From NCBI RefSeq assembly GCF_001194135.2, contig NC_068982.1:117610983-117674982 (forward strand): a stretch of 64,000 nt of DNA, read 5' to 3'. This DNA is from Octopus bimaculoides. Lineage: Eukaryota. Positions 51,975 to 64,000 of this stretch are shown here, piece by piece. The position numbers and the translations under genes are program-made. Each line of letters starts with the position of its first letter. The first letter of the stretch is position 1. Under the pieces are notes generated by a model, which saw nothing but the letters and a program-made list of their open reading frames with translations, had not been told where the DNA came from and did not search any database.

Positions 51975-53121
51975 GCATGAGGACTCCAGGAAACTGCCCA
52001 GTGTGCATATGCTTTAGGATGGTACTGGCTAAAATTCGAAAGTGAAAACAGTATGAGTGAAAATCTGATAAATTGAAAAAACGTGGACCAAAATTAAGAA
52101 GAATAGATACAAACACAGTTTCCCAAAAATAGCATTCATCTAAATTTTTAAGAGGGAAAAAACTGTCCTAAAGCTTCGACAACTTCACATGAAAGACAAA
52201 ACAAAAACAAGAAAAGAAAAAGAAGCATAGCAAAAGTGAGAAGTAATGAGTGTTTAAGAGTTAAGAGGAATGAATAGAATGTAAATGGTTAGGCACCAGG
52301 AGACTGCCATCATTCGGTGAGAGGAAGTTGTTCTGTAGATGTGTATATCAGTTTGTATCTGAGTCTGGAAGCAGATATGAGAGCGACTGTCGTATGCAGC
52401 TGTATCAGTGCGATATATACCTGTGTGACTTGGCTCTCTGTCGGTTACGACGACGATAGTTTCAGTTGATAAAACCAACTAGACAACTCGCACATGAATG
52501 TTTGAGCAATCCACAAACAGACATACCCTTAACGTAATTCTCAGGAAGATTCAGTTTGAAAAAAATTAACAAGGCAGTCCCCTTGAACTACATCTGATTT
52601 TCCACCACTGAGTAGACTGGAGCAGCGAGAAATAAAGTATCTTGCTCTAAGATACAATGCACCGCCGAGATTCGAAGGCACGTCCTGACGGTCGTGTGCC
52701 GATTATCTTAGCCACTAAGCCACGCACCTTGTGGCTGCATTAGCCGGAGGTGGGGACGCTGGATATGACAATGACAGAAAAATCTATCTGTGTCAGGAAT
52801 ACAGAAATACACATGTGATGATGAAGCACTTATAAGAGAAAGAATACAGGGGAAGATATTATTTATGTACGTGTGAATAAAAGAAAAAGTAACAAGTTCT
52901 AATGGGAAAGCAATTTTTTCGCCTTGCAGCTGTAAAACATAGAGCATTGTATGTCCTTGAGAAAACTTCTCACTGCGCCCTATAATATTTATCGATAGCA
53001 AACTTCAGTATGTGTAGATAAAACTGAAGCGCCTAAATGCATGAGGACTCCGGGAAACTGCCCAGTGTGCATATGCTTTAGGATAGCACTGGCTAAAATT
53101 CGAAAGTGAAAACAGTATAAG
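51975..53121 (+). repeat. 83-bp direct repeat (51975-52057 and 53039-53121)
   Basis: GCATGAGGACTCC...CTAAAATTCGAAAGTGAAAACAGTAT; 4 mismatches by manual alignment. Confidence 0.9.
52431..52730 (-). mobile_element. tRNA-derived SINE with CORE/V-like middle and the same 3' module as the 1653-2031 SINE
   Basis: Minus strand: GTGGCTTAGTGGCTAAG (A box), TTCGAATCTC (B box), GAGCAAGATACTTTATTTC..GCTCCAGTCTACTCAG, then ...ATCAACTGAAAC..TCGTCGTCGTAACCGACAGAGAGCCA. Confidence 0.75.
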
Positions 53122-54382
53122 AGAGTTTCATTTAGAGATGATAAATCCGATATTAAAAAAAAAATGATAAAATATTAGTGAAATTTGTAGAGATATGACG
53201 ATTGTTGTGTCTCCGATGTATGGTGAAAAAAGACGAAGTCACGTAGGTGTGTTATGTGTAAAAGGATAGATGTGTAAAAACAACCCTTTGCATACATGGT
53301 ACGAGCAAAAATGTTTTTATTTGAAAGGTGGGGACTCAAAGACAAGGAGAGTATAATTAGCATGAGTGTGTGCTATGATAATCTACTCAGATAGAGCGGG
53401 TCATGCACAAATAACTGGTAGAAGTCGGAAAGAAAAATGGGTGTGTCAAATATGTCAAACAAAACAAAGGATTACCGAAGTATAACAGCATGTATGTGTG
53501 ATGGTGCTTCTGAGATTGTATGTCTCTGTACCTGTGTGTATGAGAGTATGAAAAGAGTTAAAGTCGCGATGTGTATATAAGTGGAGAAATGACGGGGGTT
53601 GAAGGTTAATTCGTGAGCAACATATGCGTTATGTCCACTGAAAATGCATATGACAGTTGTGCCTCATATGTGAAGGGTAGCTGTATGATCCTGTGTCATA
53701 GAGCATGTGACTATGCGTGCGTATCAAATTGGCCAGATGGTTGGTCAATAGAAATGTGAATGTATGTGAAGAGTATGTGGAAAAGTGTATCTACATGTTT
53801 ATGTATACGTGAATGTGTGTTTGAGCGTATGTGTCAAAAGCACGACTGTAGGTGGTGAATATATGCATATGTATATAGGTATGTGCAAATATATATATAT
53901 AAATATATGTTTATGNNNNNNNNNNNNNNNNNNNNNNNNNNNNNNNNNNNNNNNNNNNNNNNNNNNNNNNNNNNNNNNNNNNNNNNNNNNNNNNNNNNNN
54001 NNNNNNNNNNNNNNNNNNNNNNNNNNNNNNNNNNNNNNNNNNNNNNNNNNNNNNNNNNNNNNNNNNNNNNNNNNNNNNNNNNNNNNNNNNNNNNNNNNNN
54101 NNNNNNNNNNNNNNNNNNNNNNNNNNNNNNNNNNNNNNNNNNNNNNNNNNNNNNNNNNNNNNNNNNNNNNNNNNNNNNNNNNNNNNNNNNNNNNNNNNNN
54201 NNNNNNNNNNNNNNNNNNNNNNNNNNNNNNNNNNNNNNNNNNNNNNNNNNNNNNNNNNNNNNNNNNNNNNNNNNNNNNNNNNNNNNNNNNNNNNNNNNNN
54301 NNNNNNNNNNNNNNNNNNNNNNNNNNNNNNNNNNNNNNNNNNNNNNNNNNNNNNNNNNNNATATATATTTATATATATATAT

Positions 54383-55338
54383 ATAGGAAAGGCAAAAACA
54401 ATAATAAGGTAGAATGTTAAATTGAAAGCATATTTTAATATAAAGGGGTGTAAGGATTTCAAAAGGATTTCAAACCAACTTTCATTGTATGGCAAATTCT
54501 CAAGATAAGGAGAGAAAAAAAAGACAAAAAAGAGGTTTCCGCAAAAAAATAATAAATATATAAAATATAAATATACCAATATATCATTATGTCTTTAAGC
54601 TTTTGAAGTTGACTAATTTTCTTGGAAAAACTTGTTGGGATGGTTTATAATGTATATGTTTCTGTGTAGTGTTTCTTTTTTATGAAGGCGGGATGCTTAT
54701 GTGTCAATCAGAAAATGGGGTAGTAGTAATCAAGAACATATAAATCTCCAGCAATACCGTCAAATTCCACTCAGTGACCGCATAGACTCTTGCGCTACAA
54801 ATAAAATTCCAAAATTTCTCATTTTCCCTCTCTATCAATGTAATGACAGAATCTCTACACAAGAAAGAATCAACAAGGAGAATCTTTTTATTGAAACATT
54901 CCAAACACATCTTAATATGCAAACTACACGGTGAATGTATTCATTTTTCTAACCTACCGCATTAAATCTAAGAATAGACCCAAGCATCCTGTTGACAAAG
55001 AATACCATTTCCTGTTTGATGCATAAACATACAGCCTTCTTAACAAAAAAAAAACACTACACACAAACGCATGCATCCTAACCCTTCTAACATGTGTATC
55101 CAAAGAAAATTAGTAAACTTCAAAAGTTTAAAGACATTATGATGTATTGGTATATTAATTTTCTTATATATTTATTATTTTTATTAAATAAAAAGACCTC
55201 TTTTTTTCTCTCTTTATCTAAACATTTGACATGCAATGAAAGCCGGTTTGAAATCCTTTTGAAATTCTTACACCCAAGTATATTAAAATATGCTTTCAGC
55301 ATAGCATTTTGCCTTATTATTATTTTTGCCTTTCCTAT
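54383..55338. repeat. Long diverged inverted repeat (foldback/MITE-like); arms about 54383-54645 and 55080-55338
   Basis: About 260-bp arms, roughly 80% identical as reverse complements (ATAGGAAAGGCAAAAA... / ...TTTTTGCCTTTCCTAT), with a spacer of about 435 bp. Confidence 0.85.
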
Positions 55339-55381
55339 CATTTCTCCACGTGCAGTTAACACAGCCCCACTATTTACTGAC

Positions 55382-55430
<49 letters not shown>

Positions 55431-57284
55431 GGTTATGTCTGCAAATGTAGACATATACATATACACTTATATAGATATCTAGATATGTGTATGTATCCAT
55501 GTACATGATTTTACTAATGTTGTGTAAAAAAATCACAACACCAAATCTTATATACACGTTCATATAATTAAATACATTTTGTACACCCGTTTACATAGAT
55601 CATTTATTAAGAGAGTAGAGAGCCAGAAAAATAAATCTAGTAGCGTATCCTACATTTGCGTCGCAAACAAGTATACATACAATGAAATATGATATATAGG
55701 CTTTCAATGAATCACTTCGCGTTTATTCCCGAAGTGGGAATCAGAATACAAAGGATTGATTACTAGTAATAATTTCAAACGGGTCAATAACATTTGACTG
55801 TGTGTCAAAATTTATAATATCCCATTAGCTTATAAGTCATATGTCGGTCATTATTTGATTTGCGGTCAGTATGTATATCATGTGTGTTTCAAATCACATA
55901 AGTGATGGACTCTATATTGTTGGCTCTTGTAGTAGTTTTTCGACTTAGCAGTAGTGGTGTTGTTGGTGGTTAATTCTTGTCCAAAACTTATTCGAGTGGA
56001 CGTTATAATCGACATTTTACTATCTTTCGATTTAGTTATATTGAAAAAATTCAAATCAGATACTGCATTATCGGTTGTAGCCTTGCCTATTCAAAGCATG
56101 GAAGGGGAGTTTCACGATGACTTAGATGTTATTTCTAGTAATGTGTTTGATTATCAAGTAGAAAATGTCCTCATCTGTTTAGCGGAATATGGAATCATTA
56201 TTAAAAATGGACGCATTTTTTTGTATTCTTCACCTAAGCAATGTAATAATGCTAATATTTTGAGGTTTCTTGCGCTGAACTTGAATATGTCTAGTCTCCT
56301 GGAGTAAGTTATACCTTTATATCGATGTGAGCATGTTCAGTAGTTTTTTAGAATTGCAGAGAGCAAAACTAACGCTAGATAACAAATTTCATGTAGTTTG
56401 CATAACGTTAACCATAGACGTGCGTGAATTGCTTACAGTTTCTATATATTCCAGTGAATATTAACATCCTTTACGTAGAGTAGACTGTAATTTTAGAAAG
56501 GTACAACTCACCGTATTCTAGTCCTGACATTCAGAAATAGGTTGCATAGAGCAGCAATGTAATGAGGGAGATTATTTCTTGAAAACGTATTTAAGATTTG
56601 GTTTTAAGAAGGTGTGTATATTTCATATACCAACGATAAAGCCTACTAGCAATTCTCTCTTGACACATAAAATATATTTCTAGAAAAAGAAATTGTGGCT
56701 AATTTGTGTTATTGACAAACAACCAAAATGACAGCACAACCTTTTAGCAATTCCTCACTTTCATACGAACAGCAAGTACACGTCTCTTTAAACGCCTCAC
56801 ATCTCACGCCACTTGAACTGGACGCTTTGACTTAGACATGGACAACTAAGCTATTGCTTAGTTTAACATTGCCTTCTATCATATAAACAGAAGCGTGCAT
56901 ATATTTACCTCTTCCACTGTATGCTACGTTAAAATGTCTGAAGATAACTATTTAGCCAAAAGGTTAAAATAGTATCACCTATGCCATTGTATGTGATACA
57001 CTTATTGATTTCAATCTAGGATATAAGAATATCAGCTGCTTTCCTACTAGTCATTCGCAAGAACCTATAATTTCTTGTTACATATGTCACTGCAAAATTT
57101 TACTCTTTGGTAACCTTTTCAAAGTCAATTTTATTTATGATTGCAAAGGATACGTATCTCTCGCTGTTAGCAATACTATATAAATAGAAAATATTATATT
57201 AAAGAATGTAGGTGCCTGAAATCTAAACAAATATTGATGAAATTGATAAAATTGTTAATCGTTATGAGGCTAGACTTAGTTGGG

Positions 57285-57342
<58 letters not shown>

Positions 57343-57739
57343 GCACACATACACATACACACACACACGCACACGCACACGCACACACACACATACACAC
57401 ACACGCACACACACATATATATATATATTCTCATTGCAGAATATTGAACTGCAAAAACTGAGAAAGTCTTTCCTAATTTATATGTTTTCAGGGTACGTTT
57501 TTCGTTTACTAAAAGCAGTAATATCATACCCGTATCCGTATTTTCAAATGAATAATCATCTGTCTCGGGAATACATATAATAATGAAATAAATATGGAGT
57601 AATCTAATTATGTGACTATACACAGCAAGCATTCCTGTGTAAATAATATTTTCCTTGAAAGCTCACGCTATAATTTGCAGAGAATTACAGAAATGTGTTA
57701 ATGATATTTATTTAAGTGGGATGAGACTAAATACTAAAT

Positions 57740-57937
57740 ATCGTTTTCAAATCTTAGCAAAAGGCCTGCAATCTCGGAGAAGATCGTTCAGTACCCAGGT
57801 GGTACTTATTTGAAACACCTGCACAGATGGACGGCAAAGTCGACCTCGGCAGAATTTGAACTCAAAACGTAAAGATGGATGAACCGCCGCTAAGCGTTTT
57901 ACCTGGCGCTCTAGCGATTCTGCCACCTCGTCGCCTA
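57740..57937 (-). mobile_element. SINE family A copy
   Basis: GGTACTTATTT...GGCAAAGTCGACCTCGGCAGAATTTGAACTCAAAACGTAAAG...GATTCTGCCACCTCGTCGCC. Confidence 0.75.
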
Positions 57938-58989
57938 CATGGGACCAAGCATCAATATATTATAGACTCGACAGGAAACTCATTATGTATATGACCAATT
58001 CTAATATCAACATTATTTTTTCTCTAGCATGATTACTGACCGTCGTAATTCGACAGATTCCGATTTTCTTTCGAATGTAAATTTTCTTTGTTATCTTGAC
58101 ACCACTAAAAGCTGACCAGACCTAAGAAAGAGTGATATTTTCGAAGTCTGATAAGCGGGACCCATTTAAAATTTCTTGTCTTTTCACAGATCAGATACGA
58201 ACGTTGATATAGCTCAATGGGTAAGCTGGAGAGCTGATCTCTAGCTTTTATGAAATCTGAGACTCGGGTTGTTGTGGTTCCAAGAGAACTGTTTTAAATC
58301 TTATGTTACATTGTGAAATTCTTCATGCGCTACCCTGATATAATGGAAGAAAATTAGGGAATGATAGTTTCTAATCTTGGTGACTGATTGGAGCAAATAA
58401 TTTGGTGCCCGTAACAAACAATACACACAGCTCAAAATATTGTTTTCTGGTTTATCTTGAAATTCGTTCAACTTCACGTATATCAGAACTGTGAGATCTG
58501 AATTTGCATATTTTCCAGGCAGGTAACATTAATAAAGAGGGACAGAAGGCTAATGTTTGCACTTGTAAAAAATATTTAGATTTATTGAACGTAGGTGTGC
58601 CTTGACAATTGTCTTATAGCCACTCTGACATCTTTATTTATTTCAAAAGTGATAGAAGACTTGCATCTTAGAAGATCATAGTTGAGCTGTAACTTATTGA
58701 CGGAGCCCGAAGATTTAAAACACCTTAAATAGACCCTGTTTGATGATGTTTTTGTGATTCCAGTGCTCAGAATATAGAGCTTTGGTCGAAAAAATACATT
58801 AGTGATATAGCAGCGATTTATATAGAATATATAGATAATTTCATAAATATATGATAAAGTTATTTTTATGAAAATATTACTTATCCGGATAAGGTTATAT
58901 GTATATATTATGACTTAGATTACTGTTCAAGGTTTCGCTGTTTCATAATTAAACTAAAAATTGTAATTGAACATTGTTTCCGTATACCA

Positions 58990-59570
58990 TCATGATCGAT
59001 AACTTTGTTCCTTGGTGTTACCAGGGGACACTGAATCGCATACAAAAGAAGAGTGAGACGGTTTGTTCGATATCATCTGGCTGAAGAATTCCCCTTTTAC
59101 CTCATTACGGTAAGTCGTCCTAGGAGCGTTAGCCCTGACGAGTAAAGCGATTGTTTTAGGCTTGTCAACATGTGCTTTATATGGGTGTTGAGAAATGTCA
59201 TGTTTCAGTTGTGATTTGCAAAGCCGAATCCTGAGGTTTTGTTTTCTGGTCGGCCGCTCTAAAATAATTTGTGAATTCTTCTCTATTTCGATTTCAGGAT
59301 AATTCAGTGAACATATTGTTTTATTCATTATTGTAGTGTCACTTTCCATCTTTTATTAGAGATGAGCATCGTTGCTGGTTATTCTGGTTGTTGTATAGTG
59401 TTACATTGCTCTATGCTGCTCTTCTTCTTTGAGGGTTTTTTACGTATAAATATAGTTCTATTTAACCGACCGTAGTATTGCGTCATCAGGTTGTTCTCTT
59501 TACCGAGCATAAATAAATGGAAAGATGATTTGAGGGACTTTCTCATCTCCCACTTGGGGCAAATCAAACC
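58990..59570 (-). mobile_element. Decayed RTE LINE 5' region (AP endonuclease N-terminus)
   Basis: HKLF*SGRPENKTSGFGFA (FWSGRP...GVGFA motif) and, after a frameshift, ANAPRTTYRNEVKGEFFSQM (YAPT...EVK.EFYSQL motif). Confidence 0.6.
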
Positions 59571-62235
59571 TAATGCATTGTGCTACATCATTACTCGAGA
59601 AACACACTAACTAATTTCAATGCTAAAACTTGACTTTTAAACTACCGAAATCTTTCCATGCAGATTCACGGTTTGATATCTGCAGTAACCTCCTCCCCTC
59701 TACACTTCTGTTCCTCGTCATTTACCTCTTTAATAAGATATGTTAGAAAGAGAAAATACGTTATAGTAGGCGAAAGGGGGCTGTGCGAGGTCGTCACTAT
59801 TCTCCTTCCATTCAATCATTAGCGACTCCATGCATGTAGAAGGAAAAATTACAGTATGCAGATTACTTAAATTCTACACGTTTCGAATCACGATGCTTCC
59901 ATATATTACAAGACAGGAAATATCTTACAGGGGTGCCACAGATTTCTTATTCTTAAACGAAATACTTCATAGTTTCAAGTGTTTCTTTTTATCAAATATA
60001 AAAGTTTAGTAAAACTTAGTTTTCCTAGTCTGAATTGGTCAGTTGACATCCAATTGTTATTTGATCATCATAACAGAAAAAGAGTTTGTCGCAATAAAAT
60101 CTATTCCCACCTCAAAATAAAACGTTATACGTAGTGTTTTTCAAAACATAAGTTCTAAAATATCGCAACATTTTTTCTTTTGCGGGACTCCTCTATAAAA
60201 TTCCTCTGGAAACTCTCTATCAATGACGTAATATATTTCATTATATAAGTGATGAGGTGTTAGAATCTCCAGTGCTTTGGTTAATCAGTAGAATATTCTT
60301 TCAGGAACTTTTTCTCATCCTCGCTAATGAATATTTCGATATACGTAAGGGAAACTAGAATATTTCCGAGGGAAATAAATACACTGAATGAAACTTTCAC
60401 TGAGAGATATATTAAGAGTAAATATTTGTGTGTGCGTTTAATGAGAGATACTATTTTACTAATATTAGCCATGAACTCACCATGTTATGCTCAACCAACG
60501 ATGTAATAACACATATTAGTAATCTGTTGTCAAGGTGTTAAACCGTTATCAGTTGAAACAGCGCCAACTTGAAGTAATGTTTACGATAGTTTGTTACAAA
60601 AATACTTTCCGGCAAATTCTCTCCGTTTAGTTTAAATGTTGGCATTAATAATAGCAGCCAAAATTATTTCCTTCTTTCGACACAAACACAAATACACACT
60701 GATCAGAAAAAACCTTGCATTTAACACATTCATTGACTAATAACTGTTGACTTATCACCTTAACACATTACTGTGTTCACGTTGCAATCGCTTCGGGGAA
60801 GAGCAATTAAGTTTCATTATATTTTGAGTGTTTCTATGGAGCGATATCATTCTTGGTCGTTATAGAAATTGAAGCAAGTAAGAGCAAGCTTTGTGAGTTT
60901 AATACAGCCAACTTGAATTTTATTACTTCAGGTAATTGACCCAAAAGAATGGCTGGAATTCCTAGTGAGAGGCGATTTAGACAAAGGGAGTTGTATTTAT
61001 TACTAATATTGAATAGAATATTTTTTGTATGACCTAATCAGGAGGACCAGACAGTTCCCATTACCATGACTAGAAATTCGACACTCGTGAGGTCGATGGT
61101 GCTGTCTACAATGAAGTAAGATGCCTTTAGCGGAAAAAGAATCTCATTGCGCCTACATTTTCTAATGTAAGGGATGCAAACCGTGTAGCTGTTGCATGTT
61201 TCACGAAACTGTTGGAAGACAGGTGTTGAAGTACTACATAAGTAGCTAGTCTTGAAGAGATGTTCACATCTACGTGTAAACCTCTTTGGCGTTTTGGTTT
61301 TAACGGTATTGGCTATGTAAATTTTCGGTAGGTTCCAACTTATGCCTATCAGACGATGACAGAAATGAAATAAGGAAAGCATTCTAGTGAAGAAATGACA
61401 CGCACGTTGTTTAATAATTTTATTGGGGATATCCTGAATAAGATACGCATAACATTTGCGAATCGGTTGAAATTTCCCTTTTCGCTGAAGAACGAAATCT
61501 GGCGTTCATTGTCAGTGACTTTTTCAGTGAAAGGAAATAATTTTAATGATTGTAAGAATTGATTTCATAAAAATATTAATATAAAATCTCAACGGGAAAC
61601 ACAACAGATGTTCTGCGGTAGCATACAGAATTGGATGTTGTAATCGCACATGAGTTTTTCAACCGTGCGTACTGGGCTTTGTCATCATAATCTACGCAAG
61701 CCTGTTTGATTACGTTTCGAAAGATTTTAGATTTAGAAGAATTACGAAGAAACGTAGCCTATAGTAAATCCTTTAAAAAATAAAACGAGCGAAGAGGAAT
61801 AATGCAACAGAGATGTAATATGTATTTAAGAAAAAAATTAAATGCACTGAATGGCGTATCGAAATCCTAATTAGTTGTAATCTCATTGGAATATCTTTTG
61901 CTGAGGAGCGAAAATAAACTGGTGGAAAGTGGTGCATCGATCAAGCGGCGAATGTTCTACACATCGTAAAGAAGTTTGTGATGAGAATAAATTGAATAAT
62001 GTTTAAAATTCCAGTGGACAAATGATATAAATATTGTAAGTGATAAGGGTTGATATAAAAATGCTAACTCTTATTGTTTTGAAGGTGCCTACCCCTTATC
62101 TTTGAGAATCACTAACAATTTACCGCTAGGTGTCCGTATGTTGCCTGCAGTGAAAGGGTAATATCACTTTCAGTACAATACCTCTTACTTTATTTCACGT
62201 GAATAAATGGGAACATAGTCTTTCATTGTTAACTA

Positions 62236-64000
62236 CATTGGTTTACAATTCTTTGCTTGGGGTGGGGATGGAGGTTTAGGCAAGAATATAAATAGGTGTT
62301 TTTCTTACTAATCTTGATGATGTCAATTCAATTTTCTGATCAGTTTTCCTCTATCACATCTAGATTTTGTTTTTGCTTTCACAAATCACGTTATAAATGT
62401 ACTACATATAAACTCAAAATATAATGTGGTTATTGAATCTGTTACAATAGCATATTACAGAAAAGAAAACATAGATACGGAACATTGACGGAAATATGTT
62501 ACTTTGCTAATACAATATTCAAAAATCATAGTAAAGCAGTTAGAAGTGAGTTGTTTTCCACGATCTTTTGTACCTGCCTGCGGGATGTCACGCAAGAGCA
62601 TCCAGCAAAAGTCCTCCATCTTGCTGGAGTTCAACTTGCCTTGGTAGTTGCTCTCCATCTTAGCAATATTTTGGTATAACATTTCTCTATGCTCATCACT
62701 CACTGCTCCGAGCTTCGGTGGAGGAAGATGAGGTGGGAGAGAAGAAAATAAATTTAGAGTTGCATTCGGCGACCCATATTCTGATAAGACTGTAATAACT
62801 TCTCGATACATTCTTGGTAATCTAGTATCCATGTGTTACCAAAGAAACCATGGTAGACTGACGTAATTGATTCCCATGTCCTCAGTCCCTTTAATGCAAG
62901 AAGCTCCTGAAAGTCCTTATCCTTCAGTACCTCTCGAATCTGCTTAGCAGAACTAAGAGCTGGGAACAGAGTGCACAAATGTTGGAAGGTAGCACCATTT
63001 TTGTCCATGGCCTTCACGAAATTGTTCATTAAACTCTGCTTCATATGCAGAGGAAGAAGAAACACCTTCTTCATGTCCACCAGATGATTTTTCTGGACAT
63101 TGTGTTCACCAGGCACAAAAGTGCTCCTAGATCCGCCCCACCAAGCCTTCTGCTTGTAGTGCTTGGATACGGCCCGACTGTCCCAGAGAGAGGAAAACGA
63201 ACAATAGTTTGTGAAGCCCGCTTGTGTACCCATAACGGAGGCCAATGACCTTGAGGTCCCCGCAAAAACTCCACTGGTACTGGTTGTACATGACAGCTTC
63301 CAAAAAGAGTTTCATATAGTCATAAAGTTCCTTCCGATGGACCGAGTAGGCAATAGGAATGCTCGAGTATTTATTCCCATTATGCAGAAGTGCAGCCTTC
63401 ACACTTCGCTTGGAATAGTCTATGAAAAGAATCCAGTCTGAGGGACTGTATGGGAAACCAAGGAAGGTGAACATATGTGCAGCAACACAACCTGTTTTCC
63501 ATGTCGAAGAATGAAACAAAGTCCTGGTTCCGTGTCCTGAATCTGGTGATCCTTGCATCTGCTATGGCCAGGTTGCACTACTTGCACAGATACAAATCAT
63601 GGCAATGTCATTCAGGTCATCCTGCGTGATCCGGTGGGGCTCATTGCCACTTGCTCCTGAATAAACAGAGACGTTGTTTCAGAAGAGAACAACTCTGGCA
63701 GAATCTTTCCTGAAGGCATTCATTCATCTGATGTAGGAAGAAGATCCTTATTTGCTGGGGGTGTAGGCACAGATATATCACTTGAGGGAAGGTTGGAATA
63801 CTTAATCTATTTTCTAGAAGACACATTGAAACTCTTATATTTGTTAGACAAAAATAACAACCATTTGCATGTCTTCGTGACTCTCTCCAGACCATCGGGA
63901 CAGCAAAGTTAAAGGCTGACTTTTTTGCAGTTAAACCATGCAGTTAGTCCGCCTTAGCAGGATTTACGACAGCTGTGTGGGGACCAGTATTGTCCTGATC
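62236..64000 (-). mobile_element. Chapaev3-like DNA transposon, truncated by the window edge
   Basis: Transposase relic on the minus strand. A candidate degenerate terminus CATTGGTTTACAATTC at 62236 is low confidence. Confidence 0.75.
62530..64000 (-). pseudogene. Chapaev3-like transposase pseudogene
   Basis: DQDNTGPH; FAVPMVWRESRRHANGCYFC; DWILFIDYSKRSVKAALLHNGNKYSSIPIAYSVH; WSFCGDLKVI; LWDSRAVSKHY; KVFLLPLH; NFVKAMD; KLGAVSDEHRE...MESNYQG...EDFCWML. Multiple frameshifts. The family name comes from recalled motifs. Confidence 0.85.

Noticed and set aside
55954-56307. 117-aa GTG-start ORF (and the 72-aa ORF at 41789-42007)
   Set aside because: No recognisable domain or splice context. ORFs of this length are expected by chance in six frames of 64 kb.
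61000-62080. Possible Helitron or mariner remnants
   Set aside because: Only a few residues of resemblance amid many stops, too weak to call.

Overview
AT-rich, microsatellite-dense animal non-coding DNA with 12 N-gaps (about 4 kb in total). The SINE types and repeat density suggest an Octopus-like cephalopod; this is an inference, not a database result. I could not identify a host protein-coding gene, rRNA, tRNA or CRISPR array. Nearly all ORF-track entries are translated microsatellites, N-runs or transposon debris. Recognisable content is decayed mobile DNA: two mariner relics, a mariner MITE, a full-length Tc1 relic, RTE and CR1-type LINE fragments, Helitron fragments, several tRNA-derived SINE families, a Penelope-like terminal repeat with hammerhead-ribozyme motifs, and a Chapaev3-like transposon cut by the right edge. 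The most structured region is 44.0-48.9 kb: a same-strand stack of R4/Dong-type restriction-like-endonuclease (RLE) retrotransposon pieces, each bounded by (TAA)n or (CAA)n tracts. One younger copy there appears to sit in an in-frame (AAT)n tract inside an older relative's ORF, and a non-coding TAA-tailed element lies in the same array. Several local inverted or direct duplications are not explained by the annotated elements.
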